Source: Candidatus Omnitrophota bacterium
GTDB lineage: Bacteria; Omnitrophota; Gorgyraeia; Gygaellales; Profunditerraquicolaceae
Assembly (NCBI GenBank): GCA_041651115.1
Contig: JBAZJY010000004.1
Location: 78,114-142,113, forward strand
Length of the DNA: 64,000 bases
Direction: 5' to 3'
A program made the position numbers and the translations under genes. Below are positions 26,459 through 35,119 of this stretch, one piece after another (the stretch's first letter is position 1; each line of letters opens with the position of its first letter). The notes under the pieces were generated by a model. It made no database searches. It was not told the DNA's origin and was given only the letters and a program-made list of their open reading frames with translations.

Positions 26459-27760
26459 ATGTGCTACGCCATACCGGGAAAAGTGGAAGCGATCAGCGCC
26501 AATGTCGTGACCGTGGACTATTTCGGCGAAAAGAAGAAGGCCTACAATGAATTCATTGAAATTTCCGTCGGAGACTACATCTACGCGCAAGGAGGCTATG
26601 TGATCACCAGGGTTCCGCCGCGTGAAGCGGCAGAGAGCCTTGCGGCGTGGAAAGAATTGTTCTTTAAATTAAAAGAAGTGGACCTGAAAAGATCGCGCTT
26701 TATCTCTTCCGGAAAGACCCGCGGCAGTAAAGTTGTCCCGATCTTTAATAAAGTAAATAAAGGCATTGCCCTAAAGCATGATGAATTGCGCTATCTTTTA
26801 GGGCTTGAAGATAAACAGGAGTTAGCGACGTTCTTTAAGGCGGCGAATTTCCTGCGCCATAAGTACCACGATAATTCCTGCTGCGTGCACGGTATTATTG
26901 AAATTTCCAATAACTGCCGCAGAAATTGCCTTTATTGCGGTATATCGGCCCTGAATAAGAATATCCCGCGCTACCGGATGGATAAAGATGAAATATTGGC
27001 CTGTGTTGCGGAGGCAGTAGAGAAATACGGGTTTAAGGCATTAGTGCTGCAAAGCGCGGAAGATGACGCGTATTCAGTTGAAGAGTTGGCGGATATCATA
27101 AAGACGATAAAACAGCGGCATGCGGTTTTGATATTCGTCAGTTTCGGTGAGATCGGCCTCGATGGTTTAAAAAAATTGTACGCAGCCGGCAGCCGCGGCC
27201 TCTTGATGCGTTTTGAAACTTCCAACCCTGAAATTTACGCGCAACTGCATCCCGGGTATGATCTGCAAACGCGCATAGAACATTTAAAATCCGCCTATGA
27301 ACTGGGTTATCTGATCATTACCGGTTCCTTGATCGGGCTGCCGGGCCAGTCTCCGGACGATATTATAAATGATATGGCCTTGAGCCGGCAATTACATGCG
27401 GAGATGCTCAGTTTCGGGCCGTTTATCCCGCATCCTGATACAGTATTAGCAGCAAGCCCGCTGCCGAAGGAAGAACACATTTTAAAAGTCATCAGCCTTG
27501 CGCGGTTTACCGCGGAAGAGAACGCAAAGATCCTCGTTACCACCGGATTTGAGACCTTAAGTGATAAAGCGCGCGAAAAAGGCCTTGCCTGCGGAGCGAA
27601 TTCAGTGATGCTTAACGTTACTCCTTTAAAATACCGGCCGCTTTATGCGATCTATCCTAATCGTGCGCATGAGCAGGAGCCGATAAGCCTGCAGATTGAG
27701 CAGACGATCGCGCTTCTCAAATCCATGGGCCGCGCGCCCACTGATTTGGATAAGGGATAA
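26459..27760 (+). CDS. Fusion protein: N-terminal HypC/HupF-like domain plus a HydE/BioB-family radical SAM domain
   Basis: The N-terminus MCYAIPGKVEAISANVVTVDYFGEKKKAYNEF.. has the HypC MC-x-IP signature. The radical SAM motif is IEISNNCRRNCLYCGISALNKNIPRYRM, which is the HydE-like CX3CX2C plus RYR pattern. The protein is 433 aa. Confidence 0.7.
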   Translation: MCYAIPGKVEAISANVVTVDYFGEKKKAYNEFIEISVGDYIYAQGGYVITRVPPREAAESLAAWKELFFKLKEVDLKRSRFISSGKTRGSKVVPIFNKVNKGIALKHDELRYLLGLEDKQELATFFKAANFLRHKYHDNSCCVHGIIEISNNCRRNCLYCGISALNKNIPRYRMDKDEILACVAEAVEKYGFKALVLQSAEDDAYSVEELADIIKTIKQRHAVLIFVSFGEIGLDGLKKLYAAGSRGLLMRFETSNPEIYAQLHPGYDLQTRIEHLKSAYELGYLIITGSLIGLPGQSPDDIINDMALSRQLHAEMLSFGPFIPHPDTVLAASPLPKEEHILKVISLARFTAEENAKILVTTGFETLSDKAREKGLACGANSVMLNVTPLKYRPLYAIYPNRAHEQEPISLQIEQTIALLKSMGRAPTDLDKG

Positions 27761-27762
27761 TA

Positions 27763-27880
27763 GGTTAAGGTTATGGTTAGGAAGCCGGTATGGTTTAGAG
27801 GTTAAGGTTAGGCCATTAATATACTTAACCCTAACCCAACTACCATACTGGCTTCTTAACCTCAACCTGATAACTTAACC
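27763..27880. repeat. Long imperfect palindrome / hairpin element rich in GGTTAAGG and CCTAACC motifs (about 118 nt)
   Basis: A 13-bp core, GAAGCCGGTATGG / CCATACTGGCTTC, is flanked by GGTTAAGGTTA direct repeats at 27763 and 27800 and by their complements on the right arm. Confidence 0.55.
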
Positions 27881-27942
27881 AAACATCTGTTTCCGTTTTT
27901 CCTTTGCATTTCGCGCAAAAAGTAGTAGAATTGAAATTGTCT

Positions 27943-28671
27943 ATGAAGATCAAAATTAAACCCTCAATACTGATATCGTTTATCCTCATTATTTTTGCCT
28001 GCCTCGTATTATTTGTCACTCCGCCTTTTCATCTGACCGGCAGAAGGCTGCCGCAGGAAAAACTTTTCCGCGGCGTTGCCTGGTTTAAGTTTGACAGGAA
28101 AGATGCCCTGGAGGGCTGGGAAGAAAAGATCTTTAAAGGCAAGGTCATTTATTCGGTGATCTCAGACAGGAAGGACAGTTATCTCAACGCTTACAGTAAC
28201 CGTTCGGCTTCCGGTATAATTTATTGGCTGAAATTCAACCCGCGCAAAGAGCCGATGGTCGGCTGGAAATGGAAGGTTACGCGTTTTCCCGAAACAAAAG
28301 AACCTGCGCCTGCCGGAGAAGATTCCTGGCTTGAAAGAGATGATTACGCGGCAAGGTTTTATGTCATTTTTCCCCGTTTTCCGTTTTTCCGCTCCCAGTG
28401 CCTTGAATATATCTGGGCAAAAGACCTGCCATTGGGCACTGTCTTGACCAATCCGACATTCAGGAACTTAAAAATTATTGTTGTTGAGTCGGGAGAACAG
28501 AACCTCGGCAAATGGGTGAGCGTGGAGAGGAATATTTTTGAAGATTTCACCAAACATTTTGATTCTAAACCCGGGCCTGCCGGCGCCATAGCGCTCATGA
28601 CCGATTCGGAAAATACCGGCAGCACGGCAGAGGCGCAATACAACGATATCGAGGTGGGATATGAAAAGTAA
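27943..28671 (+). CDS. Hypothetical exported protein
   Basis: A signal or anchor segment reads MKIKIKPSILISFILIIFACLV. No motif I can name was found. The 27904 start in the ORF track was rejected. Confidence 0.5.
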   Translation: MKIKIKPSILISFILIIFACLVLFVTPPFHLTGRRLPQEKLFRGVAWFKFDRKDALEGWEEKIFKGKVIYSVISDRKDSYLNAYSNRSASGIIYWLKFNPRKEPMVGWKWKVTRFPETKEPAPAGEDSWLERDDYAARFYVIFPRFPFFRSQCLEYIWAKDLPLGTVLTNPTFRNLKIIVVESGEQNLGKWVSVERNIFEDFTKHFDSKPGPAGAIALMTDSENTGSTAEAQYNDIEVGYEK

Positions 28672-29074
28672 CCAGAGGAGAAAAAAATATATCGGGACGT
28701 CTTTTCAAAGGCGGCTTTTGTTCCTGGTTTTTGCTTCGGCAGTGATCCCGGCAGTCATATTAGCCGCCTGCCTGTATTATCTTATATTCCACATGCTGTC
28801 GCTGCAGCTGGTTTTTCCGGAAGCCATAGCTTATAATGTGATGCCGGTATTGCGCCAGGTCAATACGCTGATCATCATCGCGCTGCCGGTCAGCCTTTTT
28901 CTGATCTGGATCATCGCGCTTGAGCTTTCGCACCGCATTGCCGGTCCCCTTTACCGCATGGAAAAGGAGCTTGATGAACGCATCAGCGGGCAAAAACACG
29001 GCCCGATCAGGCTGCGGGCAAAAGATGAATTCAAGTTACTCGCCGATAAATTAAATAAATTAATCTGTAAGTGA
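28661..29074 (+). CDS. Small membrane protein with 2 TM helices and a HAMP-like linker
   Basis: Two TM segments are followed by SHRIAGPLYRMEKELDERISGQ...LLADKLNKL, which is HAMP-like. Confidence 0.45.
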   Translation: MKSNQRRKKYIGTSFQRRLLFLVFASAVIPAVILAACLYYLIFHMLSLQLVFPEAIAYNVMPVLRQVNTLIIIALPVSLFLIWIIALELSHRIAGPLYRMEKELDERISGQKHGPIRLRAKDEFKLLADKLNKLICK

Positions 29075-29078
29075 AAGG

Positions 29079-29645
29079 ATGAAGGGCATGCGCAAATTAT
29101 TTTTTTATGCGGTATCAACGCTTTTATTATTGGGCATTTTCGTTAATGCTAATGCGGAGGATAATACGATGAAAGACGGGGTGGTGGTTGTCTTGGAAAC
29201 AAATCAGGGAGTAATAGAAATAGGGCTTTTTAGTAAAATAGCGCCGAAGGCCTGCGAGAATTTTGTGGAGCTCGTTAAAAAAGGGTATTATGACGGCATA
29301 ATTTTTCACCGGGTGATCAAGGATTTTATGATCCAGGGCGGGGATCCCACGGGGACCGGAAGAGGCGGAGAGTCAATCTGGGGAAGGCCGTTTGAAGACG
29401 AGGTTACTCCCGGGGTCGGCTTTGACCGCAAAGGCCTCCTTGCCATGGCAAATGCCGGGCCCAGCACCAACGGCAGCCAGTTCTTTATCACCACCGCTAA
29501 AGCGCCGTGGCTGAACATGAAACATACGATATTCGGAGAGGTTATCTCAGGCTACGATGTAGTGGAAAAGATCGAGAACAGCGGAACCGATTCCTCGGAC
29601 CGGCCGCTGGCAGAGCAGAAGATTGTAAAGGCGTATGTGAAATAA
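29079..29645 (+). CDS. ppiB: Peptidyl-prolyl cis-trans isomerase, cyclophilin type, secreted
   Basis: Cyclophilin motifs are present: FHRVIKDFMIQGGDPTGTGRGGESIWG and NAGPSTNGSQFFIT. A signal peptide is present. Confidence 0.85.
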   Translation: MKGMRKLFFYAVSTLLLLGIFVNANAEDNTMKDGVVVVLETNQGVIEIGLFSKIAPKACENFVELVKKGYYDGIIFHRVIKDFMIQGGDPTGTGRGGESIWGRPFEDEVTPGVGFDRKGLLAMANAGPSTNGSQFFITTAKAPWLNMKHTIFGEVISGYDVVEKIENSGTDSSDRPLAEQKIVKAYVK

Positions 29646-29759
29646 GCATTAAAAAAAATGGCATTTTTCCGCGCAGTAATTTCCACAGCTTTATTTTTTT
29701 CTTCCGCTGAAAGAATCAGTCGCCGGGCAGCGCTAAAAAATACCTACAGAGCGTAATCA

Positions 29760-31526
29760 ATGAGTAAAATACCTTTGGCAAAAAATGCTTTAGAGGTACT
29801 GAAGAAAAGGTATCTTCTAAAGAATAACCGGCAGGAGGCAGCTGAGAGCCCGCAGCAGCTTTTTAAAAGGGTCGCTTCTAATATTGCCCGGAATGATGAA
29901 GCGGAAGAAAAATTTTACCGGATGATGTCCAGCCTTGAATTCATGCCTAATTCGCCGACCCTGATGAATGCCGGTACTTGCCTTAACCAGCTTTCGGCGT
30001 GCTTTGTGCTTCCCGTAGAAGATTCCATGGAAGGGATATTTACTTCCCTGAAAAATATGGCTAAGATCCATCAGACCGGAGGAGGCACGGGTTTTAGTTT
30101 TTCGCGGCTGCGGCCCAAAGGCGACCTTGTCAGTTCCACAAAGGGGCAGGCATCAGGCGTGGTCTCTTTTATGGAAATCTTTGATAAGGCAACCGGCGTG
30201 ATCGTGCAGGGCGGCAGGCGCCGGGGCGCCAATATGGGCATATTAAGGTGCGATCATCCGGATATCGTTGAATTCGTGGAGGCAAAAAGGCAAGAAGGAA
30301 GATTCTCCAATTTTAACCTTTCCGTCGGTATCACGGACAAATTCATGGAGGCCCAGCGCCTCGGCCGACGTTTTAGCCTGGTTAACCCCCGCACGCATAA
30401 AAAGAGCGGTTCGATCAAGGCAAGAGAATTATTCAAGCGCATTATAGATACGGCATGGCTTACCGGCGATCCGGGGCTGGTTTTCCTGGATGAAATAAAC
30501 CGGCATAATCCCACGCCTTTATTGGGTGATATTGAAGCGACAAACCCTTGCGGAGAACTGCCGCTTTTAGCTTATGAAAGCTGCAACCTTGGTTCGATCA
30601 ACCTGGCAAAGATGATCGCCGGCAATTCATTTGATTGGGATAAATTCGCAGACCGCATAAGCTGGGCAATCAGGTTCCTTGACGATGTAATTGAAGCCAA
30701 TAAATTCCCCTTGCCGGAGATCCGGGAGATTACCTTTGCCAACCGCAAGATCGGGCTGGGCGTCATGGGCTTTGCGGACGCGCTCGTTTTGTTAGGGCTT
30801 TCTTATGATTCACATAAGGCGGTTGAGTTTGCCCGCAAGCTGATGCGTTTTATGCGCCGGCATTCATTGGCAGCATCAAGCCGGCTTGCCGCGGAAAGAG
30901 GGGTTTTCCCTAATTTCACAAGATCCATATACGCGAAAACCGGCCTGAAGCTGCGCAATGCCACGGTCAATACCATTGCCCCGACCGGCACGATCAGTAT
31001 CATTGCCGGATGTTCCAGCGGCATTGAGCCGTTGTTTGCCGTAAGTTTTGTGCGCAATGTTTTGTCCGGCCAAAGGCTTTTTGAAGTAAACGCGATATTT
31101 AAGGCGTTGGCAAAAAAAAGAGGTTTTTACAGCGACGGACTGATTAGCCGGATATCCTGCGAAGGTTCGCTTAAGGGCATAAGCGGGGTGCCGCAGGATA
31201 TTAAGAATATTTTTGTCACTGCCTTTGATGTCCCGGCAAGCCAGCATCTTAAGATACAGGCGGCGTTTCAGGAATATACGGACAATTCGGTTTCTAAGAC
31301 GATCAATCTGCCCCGTGATGCCGGAACTGAAGACATAAAAAAAACGTATCTCATGGCTTACAAGCTTAAATGTAAAGGTATAACCGTTTACCGTTATGGC
31401 AGCAAGGCAAACCCGGTCTTATCTTTCGGCTACGGTAAACGCAGGAAACGGGAGGCTGCTGGTGAGGCGGTTATCGCGGATTCGGAATATTCCGGCGGAT
31501 GCGCCTCGGGTATCTGCCCGTTTTAA
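29760..31526 (+). CDS. nrdJ: Adenosylcobalamin-dependent (class II) ribonucleotide reductase
   Basis: The active-site region reads ATNPCGELPLLAYESCNLGSINL. The N-terminus reads PNSPTLMNAGT..LSACFVLPVEDSM. The C-terminal Cys tail reads SGGCASGICPF. The protein is 588 aa. Confidence 0.8.
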   Translation: MSKIPLAKNALEVLKKRYLLKNNRQEAAESPQQLFKRVASNIARNDEAEEKFYRMMSSLEFMPNSPTLMNAGTCLNQLSACFVLPVEDSMEGIFTSLKNMAKIHQTGGGTGFSFSRLRPKGDLVSSTKGQASGVVSFMEIFDKATGVIVQGGRRRGANMGILRCDHPDIVEFVEAKRQEGRFSNFNLSVGITDKFMEAQRLGRRFSLVNPRTHKKSGSIKARELFKRIIDTAWLTGDPGLVFLDEINRHNPTPLLGDIEATNPCGELPLLAYESCNLGSINLAKMIAGNSFDWDKFADRISWAIRFLDDVIEANKFPLPEIREITFANRKIGLGVMGFADALVLLGLSYDSHKAVEFARKLMRFMRRHSLAASSRLAAERGVFPNFTRSIYAKTGLKLRNATVNTIAPTGTISIIAGCSSGIEPLFAVSFVRNVLSGQRLFEVNAIFKALAKKRGFYSDGLISRISCEGSLKGISGVPQDIKNIFVTAFDVPASQHLKIQAAFQEYTDNSVSKTINLPRDAGTEDIKKTYLMAYKLKCKGITVYRYGSKANPVLSFGYGKRRKREAAGEAVIADSEYSGGCASGICPF

Positions 31527-31542
31527 ATAACGGAGGGTAAAG

Positions 31543-31977
31543 ATGAAGATTACCAGCCCGGATTTTGCGCATAACGCATTTATGCCCGCTAAGTTTACTT
31601 GTGACGGCAAAGAAGTTAACCCTGCGCTTGAGATATCCGAAATACCCGCGGAAGCAAAAGAACTGGCGTTAATCGTTGACGATCCTGACGCGCCGATGGG
31701 CACATGGGTGCATTGGATAGTTTATAATATCCCTCTTTTAAACCGTATCGAGGAAGACAGTGTCCCCGGTACGCAGGGCCTCAATACCCCCAATAAAAGA
31801 TGCTATGAAGGCCCATGCCCGCCGTCAGGCACGCACCGTTATTTTTTTAAGATCTACGCCTTGGATGAAAAGCTGGATTTAAAAGAAGGCCTGAGCAAGG
31901 CCGGCCTGGAAAGGGCAATGCAGGGACATATCATTGATAAGGCAGAACTGGTAGGGCTGTATAAGCGGGGAAAGTAG
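31543..31977 (+). CDS. YbhB/YbcL-family PEBP (Raf kinase inhibitor-like) protein
   Basis: The PEBP signatures are DDPDAP..GTWVHW and GTHRYFFKIYALD. The protein is 144 aa. Confidence 0.75.
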   Translation: MKITSPDFAHNAFMPAKFTCDGKEVNPALEISEIPAEAKELALIVDDPDAPMGTWVHWIVYNIPLLNRIEEDSVPGTQGLNTPNKRCYEGPCPPSGTHRYFFKIYALDEKLDLKEGLSKAGLERAMQGHIIDKAELVGLYKRGK

Positions 31978-31978
31978 G

Positions 31979-32620
31979 ATGGGAGAAATAATCATCAGGC
32001 CGTACGCAGGCAAGGACCGGGACGCAGTCAGGCAGATCGCTTTTGACACGGCGTTTCTTGGCGAGCCGGGATCGGCATTTTTTGACAGCCGGGAAATGCT
32101 TGCGGATTTCCTGACCGATTATTTTATTGATTATGAGCCGCAGTCTTGTTTTGTCGCTGAATCAGGCGGAGAAGTTATCGGGTATCTCCTTGGGGCAAAA
32201 GATTCTGCCTGCCCGCGGCCGGGGCTGGCCGGAAAACTATTACTTAAAGCCGTAAAACAAAATATAATTTTTAACAGAAAGAACGCAGCGTTTATCTTCA
32301 GGTGCCTCACGAGTTTTTTCCGCGGTGAATTCAAGGCGCCGGATTTTTCCCGTGAATATCCGGCAACCTTACATATTAATATCAAGGACGGATTCCGCAG
32401 CCAGGGGATCGGCGCAAAGCTTATCGGAGTATACCTGGATTACTTGAAGAAAGAAAAGATCAAGGGCGTACATTTTGCCACGCTTTCCGAACGGGCGGCA
32501 AACTTCTATGAAAGGCTGGGGTTTACCTTGCTTCATAAGGCTAAGCGGTCGTATTTTAATAGTATTTTACATAAAGATGTTTTCTGTTATATTTATGGGA
32601 AAAGATATGAAGATAATTGA
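31979..32620 (+). CDS. GNAT-family N-acetyltransferase
   Basis: The acetyl-CoA-binding motif is QGIGAKLI...YERLGF. The protein is 213 aa. Confidence 0.7.
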   Translation: MGEIIIRPYAGKDRDAVRQIAFDTAFLGEPGSAFFDSREMLADFLTDYFIDYEPQSCFVAESGGEVIGYLLGAKDSACPRPGLAGKLLLKAVKQNIIFNRKNAAFIFRCLTSFFRGEFKAPDFSREYPATLHINIKDGFRSQGIGAKLIGVYLDYLKKEKIKGVHFATLSERAANFYERLGFTLLHKAKRSYFNSILHKDVFCYIYGKRYEDN

Positions 32621-33437
32621 TAAGGCGGTTTTAGGAGAAGCGCAAGGCATAAAAATCACCAAGCTGGTGGTTTTGGCGCCGGATATTAGCCGGAAAGCCC
32701 AGGCAGGCCAGTTTATCGCGCTTATGGCCAGTGAAAAAGGAGAGCGCATCCCGCTCACTATTGTGGATGCTGATAAAGATAACGGGGCAATCACTTTGAT
32801 CCTCCAGGAAGCAGGGTTAACTACTAAATTATTAGGCAAGATGAACGTCGGCGATTCTTTATACGCGCTGGCCGGGCCCCTGGGGCATCCTACGCAGATC
32901 ATTAATTACGGAAGAGTGGTCCTGGTTGGCGGTGGAGTGGGGATCGCAGAAATTTATCCGATTGCAAAGGCATTAAAATCCGCCGGTAACCAAGTCACTA
33001 CAGTATTAGGCGCCAGGACTAAAGAATTATTGATCTTGGAAAAAGAATTGCGGGAAGTTTCGGATGAATTTCTTGTCACTACCGATGACGGTTCTTATGC
33101 AAGAAAAGGGTTTACTACCGATATATTGACCGAAATGCTGGAAAAAGGCAAATACGGCCTGGTTTATGCGGTTGGCCCGATCCCGATGATGCAAAGAGTT
33201 GCCGCGCTAACCAAGGGCTTTGGCGTAAAGACTATTGTTTCACTTAATCCGCTGATGGTTGATGCAACCGGTATGTGCGGCTGCTGCCGGGTAACCGTAA
33301 GCGGAGAGGTAAAGTTTAGCTGCGTAGACGGGCCGGAATTTGATGCCGCAGCAGTGGATTGGGATGAGCTGGTGAAAAGAAACAGCGCCTATCTTGATAA
33401 AGAAAAACACATTTGCCGGCTTAATAAATTAATTTAA
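32607..33437 (+). CDS. NfnA/SudB-like FAD/NAD(P)-binding iron-sulfur subunit (PyrK-like electron-transfer subunit)
   Basis: The ferredoxin-reductase fold begins MKIIDKAVLGEAQGIKITKLVVLAPDI. The C-terminal Cys cluster reads CGCCRV...C. The start at 32607 is preferred, with a 14-nt overlap with the GNAT gene. Confidence 0.75.
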   Translation: MKIIDKAVLGEAQGIKITKLVVLAPDISRKAQAGQFIALMASEKGERIPLTIVDADKDNGAITLILQEAGLTTKLLGKMNVGDSLYALAGPLGHPTQIINYGRVVLVGGGVGIAEIYPIAKALKSAGNQVTTVLGARTKELLILEKELREVSDEFLVTTDDGSYARKGFTTDILTEMLEKGKYGLVYAVGPIPMMQRVAALTKGFGVKTIVSLNPLMVDATGMCGCCRVTVSGEVKFSCVDGPEFDAAAVDWDELVKRNSAYLDKEKHICRLNKLI

Positions 33438-33444
33438 TTTAAAA

Positions 33445-34869
33445 ATGAAAAAAGAACCGGTTGATCCTAAAGAATTGGCAGCTGCGCAAAGAACAAGCGG
33501 CTTTGAAGAAGTGGTTGCCGTGTACGGCGAGGAACAAGCATTGGAGGAGGCCAGCCGCTGCCTGCAGTGTAAAAACCCTACCTGTATTTCCGGCTGTCCC
33601 GTAGGCATAGACATAAAGAAATTCATCGGCGAGGTTGCCAAAAAAGATTATGCCGCCGCATATTTTACGATCCGGGAAAAAAATAATTTTCCCGCGATCT
33701 GCGGTAGAGTCTGCCCGGCAGAATACCAGTGCCGCCGCAGCTGCGTATTGACAAAGAAAGGCTCGCCGTTTGCCTCTAAGGAAGCAATAAACATCCATTT
33801 CCTGGAAAGGTTTGTCGGTGATTATGGGATGAAAAATAATCTGGCGGCCCCGGTTTCCAATGACAGCGCTTTTACCGGATTAAAAGTGGCAATAGTCGGT
33901 TCCGGTCCGGCAGGATTGTGCTGCGCCGGAGAATTGGCAAGGTGCGGGATCAAGGTAACGGTTTTTGAAAGCCTGCATAATTCCGGAGGGGTTTTGCGTT
34001 ACGGCATACCTCCGTTCAGGCTGCCAAGGGATATCCTTGATTTTGAGATAAATTATTTAAAGAAATTGGGAGTGGAGATCCGCCCTAATCTGATTATCGG
34101 CAGGACCAAGACTTTAGATGAATTATTTTCCGAAGGATACAAGGCGATATTCCTGGGCCTGGGAGCGGGTATTCCGTCTTTTATGGGGATCAAGGGCGAA
34201 AGCTTATGCAATGTCTATTCTGCCAATGAATTCTTGACCCGCGTGAACCTGATGTCCGCTTATAAATTCCCGGAGTTCCAGACGCCGGTAAGCATCGGTA
34301 AGCACGTGATTGTCATCGGCGGAGGCAATACTGCGATGGATTCCGCCAGAGTAGCGCTTAGGCTGCAAAAAATGAACGGGATTATGCCGGATACCACGGT
34401 CCTTTACCGGCGTACGGAAGTTGAAATGCCGGCAAGAAGGCTGGAGATCGAGCACGCTAAAGAAGAAGGGATAAAATTCAAATTTCTGGTAAAACCCGAG
34501 GAATTCATCGGCGATGAAAACGGCCTGCTGAAAAAGATCCGCTGCCTTGAGTGCAAATTAGGCGAACCGGACAGCTCCGGCAGGAAAAGACCCATACCCA
34601 TTGAGGGCAGCGATTTTCAGCTGGATTGCGACCTGGCGGTGATTGCCGTGGGCTTAAGGGCAAACCAGATCCTGACCAAGGCTACGTCGGGGTTAAAGGT
34701 AGATAAATACGCCGACGTGATCGTAGACCCAGAGACCATGGAAACATCGATCAGGGGAGTTTTTGCCGGAGGCGATATCGTCGGTGGAGAAGGTACGGTC
34801 ATTGAGGCAATGGGCATGGCCAAGAAAGCTGCAAAGGCGATAATCAAATATTTGCGGTCACTGTTGTAA
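33445..34869 (+). CDS. NfnB/SudA-like glutamate-synthase-beta-type NADPH-dependent oxidoreductase (GltD family)
   Basis: The N-terminal Cys clusters are CLQCKNPTCISGCP and CGRVCPAEYQC. The Rossmann motifs are VAIVGSGPAG and VIVIGGGNTAMD. Confidence 0.8.
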   Translation: MKKEPVDPKELAAAQRTSGFEEVVAVYGEEQALEEASRCLQCKNPTCISGCPVGIDIKKFIGEVAKKDYAAAYFTIREKNNFPAICGRVCPAEYQCRRSCVLTKKGSPFASKEAINIHFLERFVGDYGMKNNLAAPVSNDSAFTGLKVAIVGSGPAGLCCAGELARCGIKVTVFESLHNSGGVLRYGIPPFRLPRDILDFEINYLKKLGVEIRPNLIIGRTKTLDELFSEGYKAIFLGLGAGIPSFMGIKGESLCNVYSANEFLTRVNLMSAYKFPEFQTPVSIGKHVIVIGGGNTAMDSARVALRLQKMNGIMPDTTVLYRRTEVEMPARRLEIEHAKEEGIKFKFLVKPEEFIGDENGLLKKIRCLECKLGEPDSSGRKRPIPIEGSDFQLDCDLAVIAVGLRANQILTKATSGLKVDKYADVIVDPETMETSIRGVFAGGDIVGGEGTVIEAMGMAKKAAKAIIKYLRSLL

Positions 34870-34977
34870 AGCGCCGCCCGGAAAGATGTAAATTTATCTT
34901 GACAGAGCCGTCATTTAATTATATTTTATTAAACAGGCTTCAAAATACTTAAACAACATAAGTTAGTCAAGGACAAA

Positions 34978-35010
34978 GGCGTCCCAAACTAGGCGGGATG
35001 CCTTTTTTTA
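34978..35010 (+). terminator. Rho-independent terminator after the nfnAB-like pair
   Basis: AGGCGTCCC-aaactagg-CGGGATGCCT followed by TTTTTTTA. Confidence 0.7.
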
Positions 35011-35085
35011 TTTGGGTAAGTGTGATTAAAAAACGGGCAAAAGCTGCCTAATCTTTAACAAATACCCAATTCAATAGGTTGAATT

Positions 35086-35113
35086 GGTATCCCACTTTCT
35101 GTGGGAAGGGAGG
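35086..35113. promoter_or_regulatory. Second copy of the conserved dyad element, GGTATCCCACTtTCTGTGGGAAgGGAGG, overlapping the RBS
   Basis: Identical to 7419-7445 apart from 2 nt. An extra 9-bp inverted repeat, CCAATTCAA-taggt-TTGAATTGG, lies just upstream at 35065-35087. Confidence 0.6.
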
Positions 35114-35119
35114 AATGCT

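Noticed and set aside
27626-27878. ORFs 27626..27865 (-) and 27696..27878 (+)
   Set aside because: They lie within the long GGTTAAGG/CCTAACC palindrome. Their open frames are artefacts of the repetitive sequence, and the translations are W/L/R-rich nonsense.
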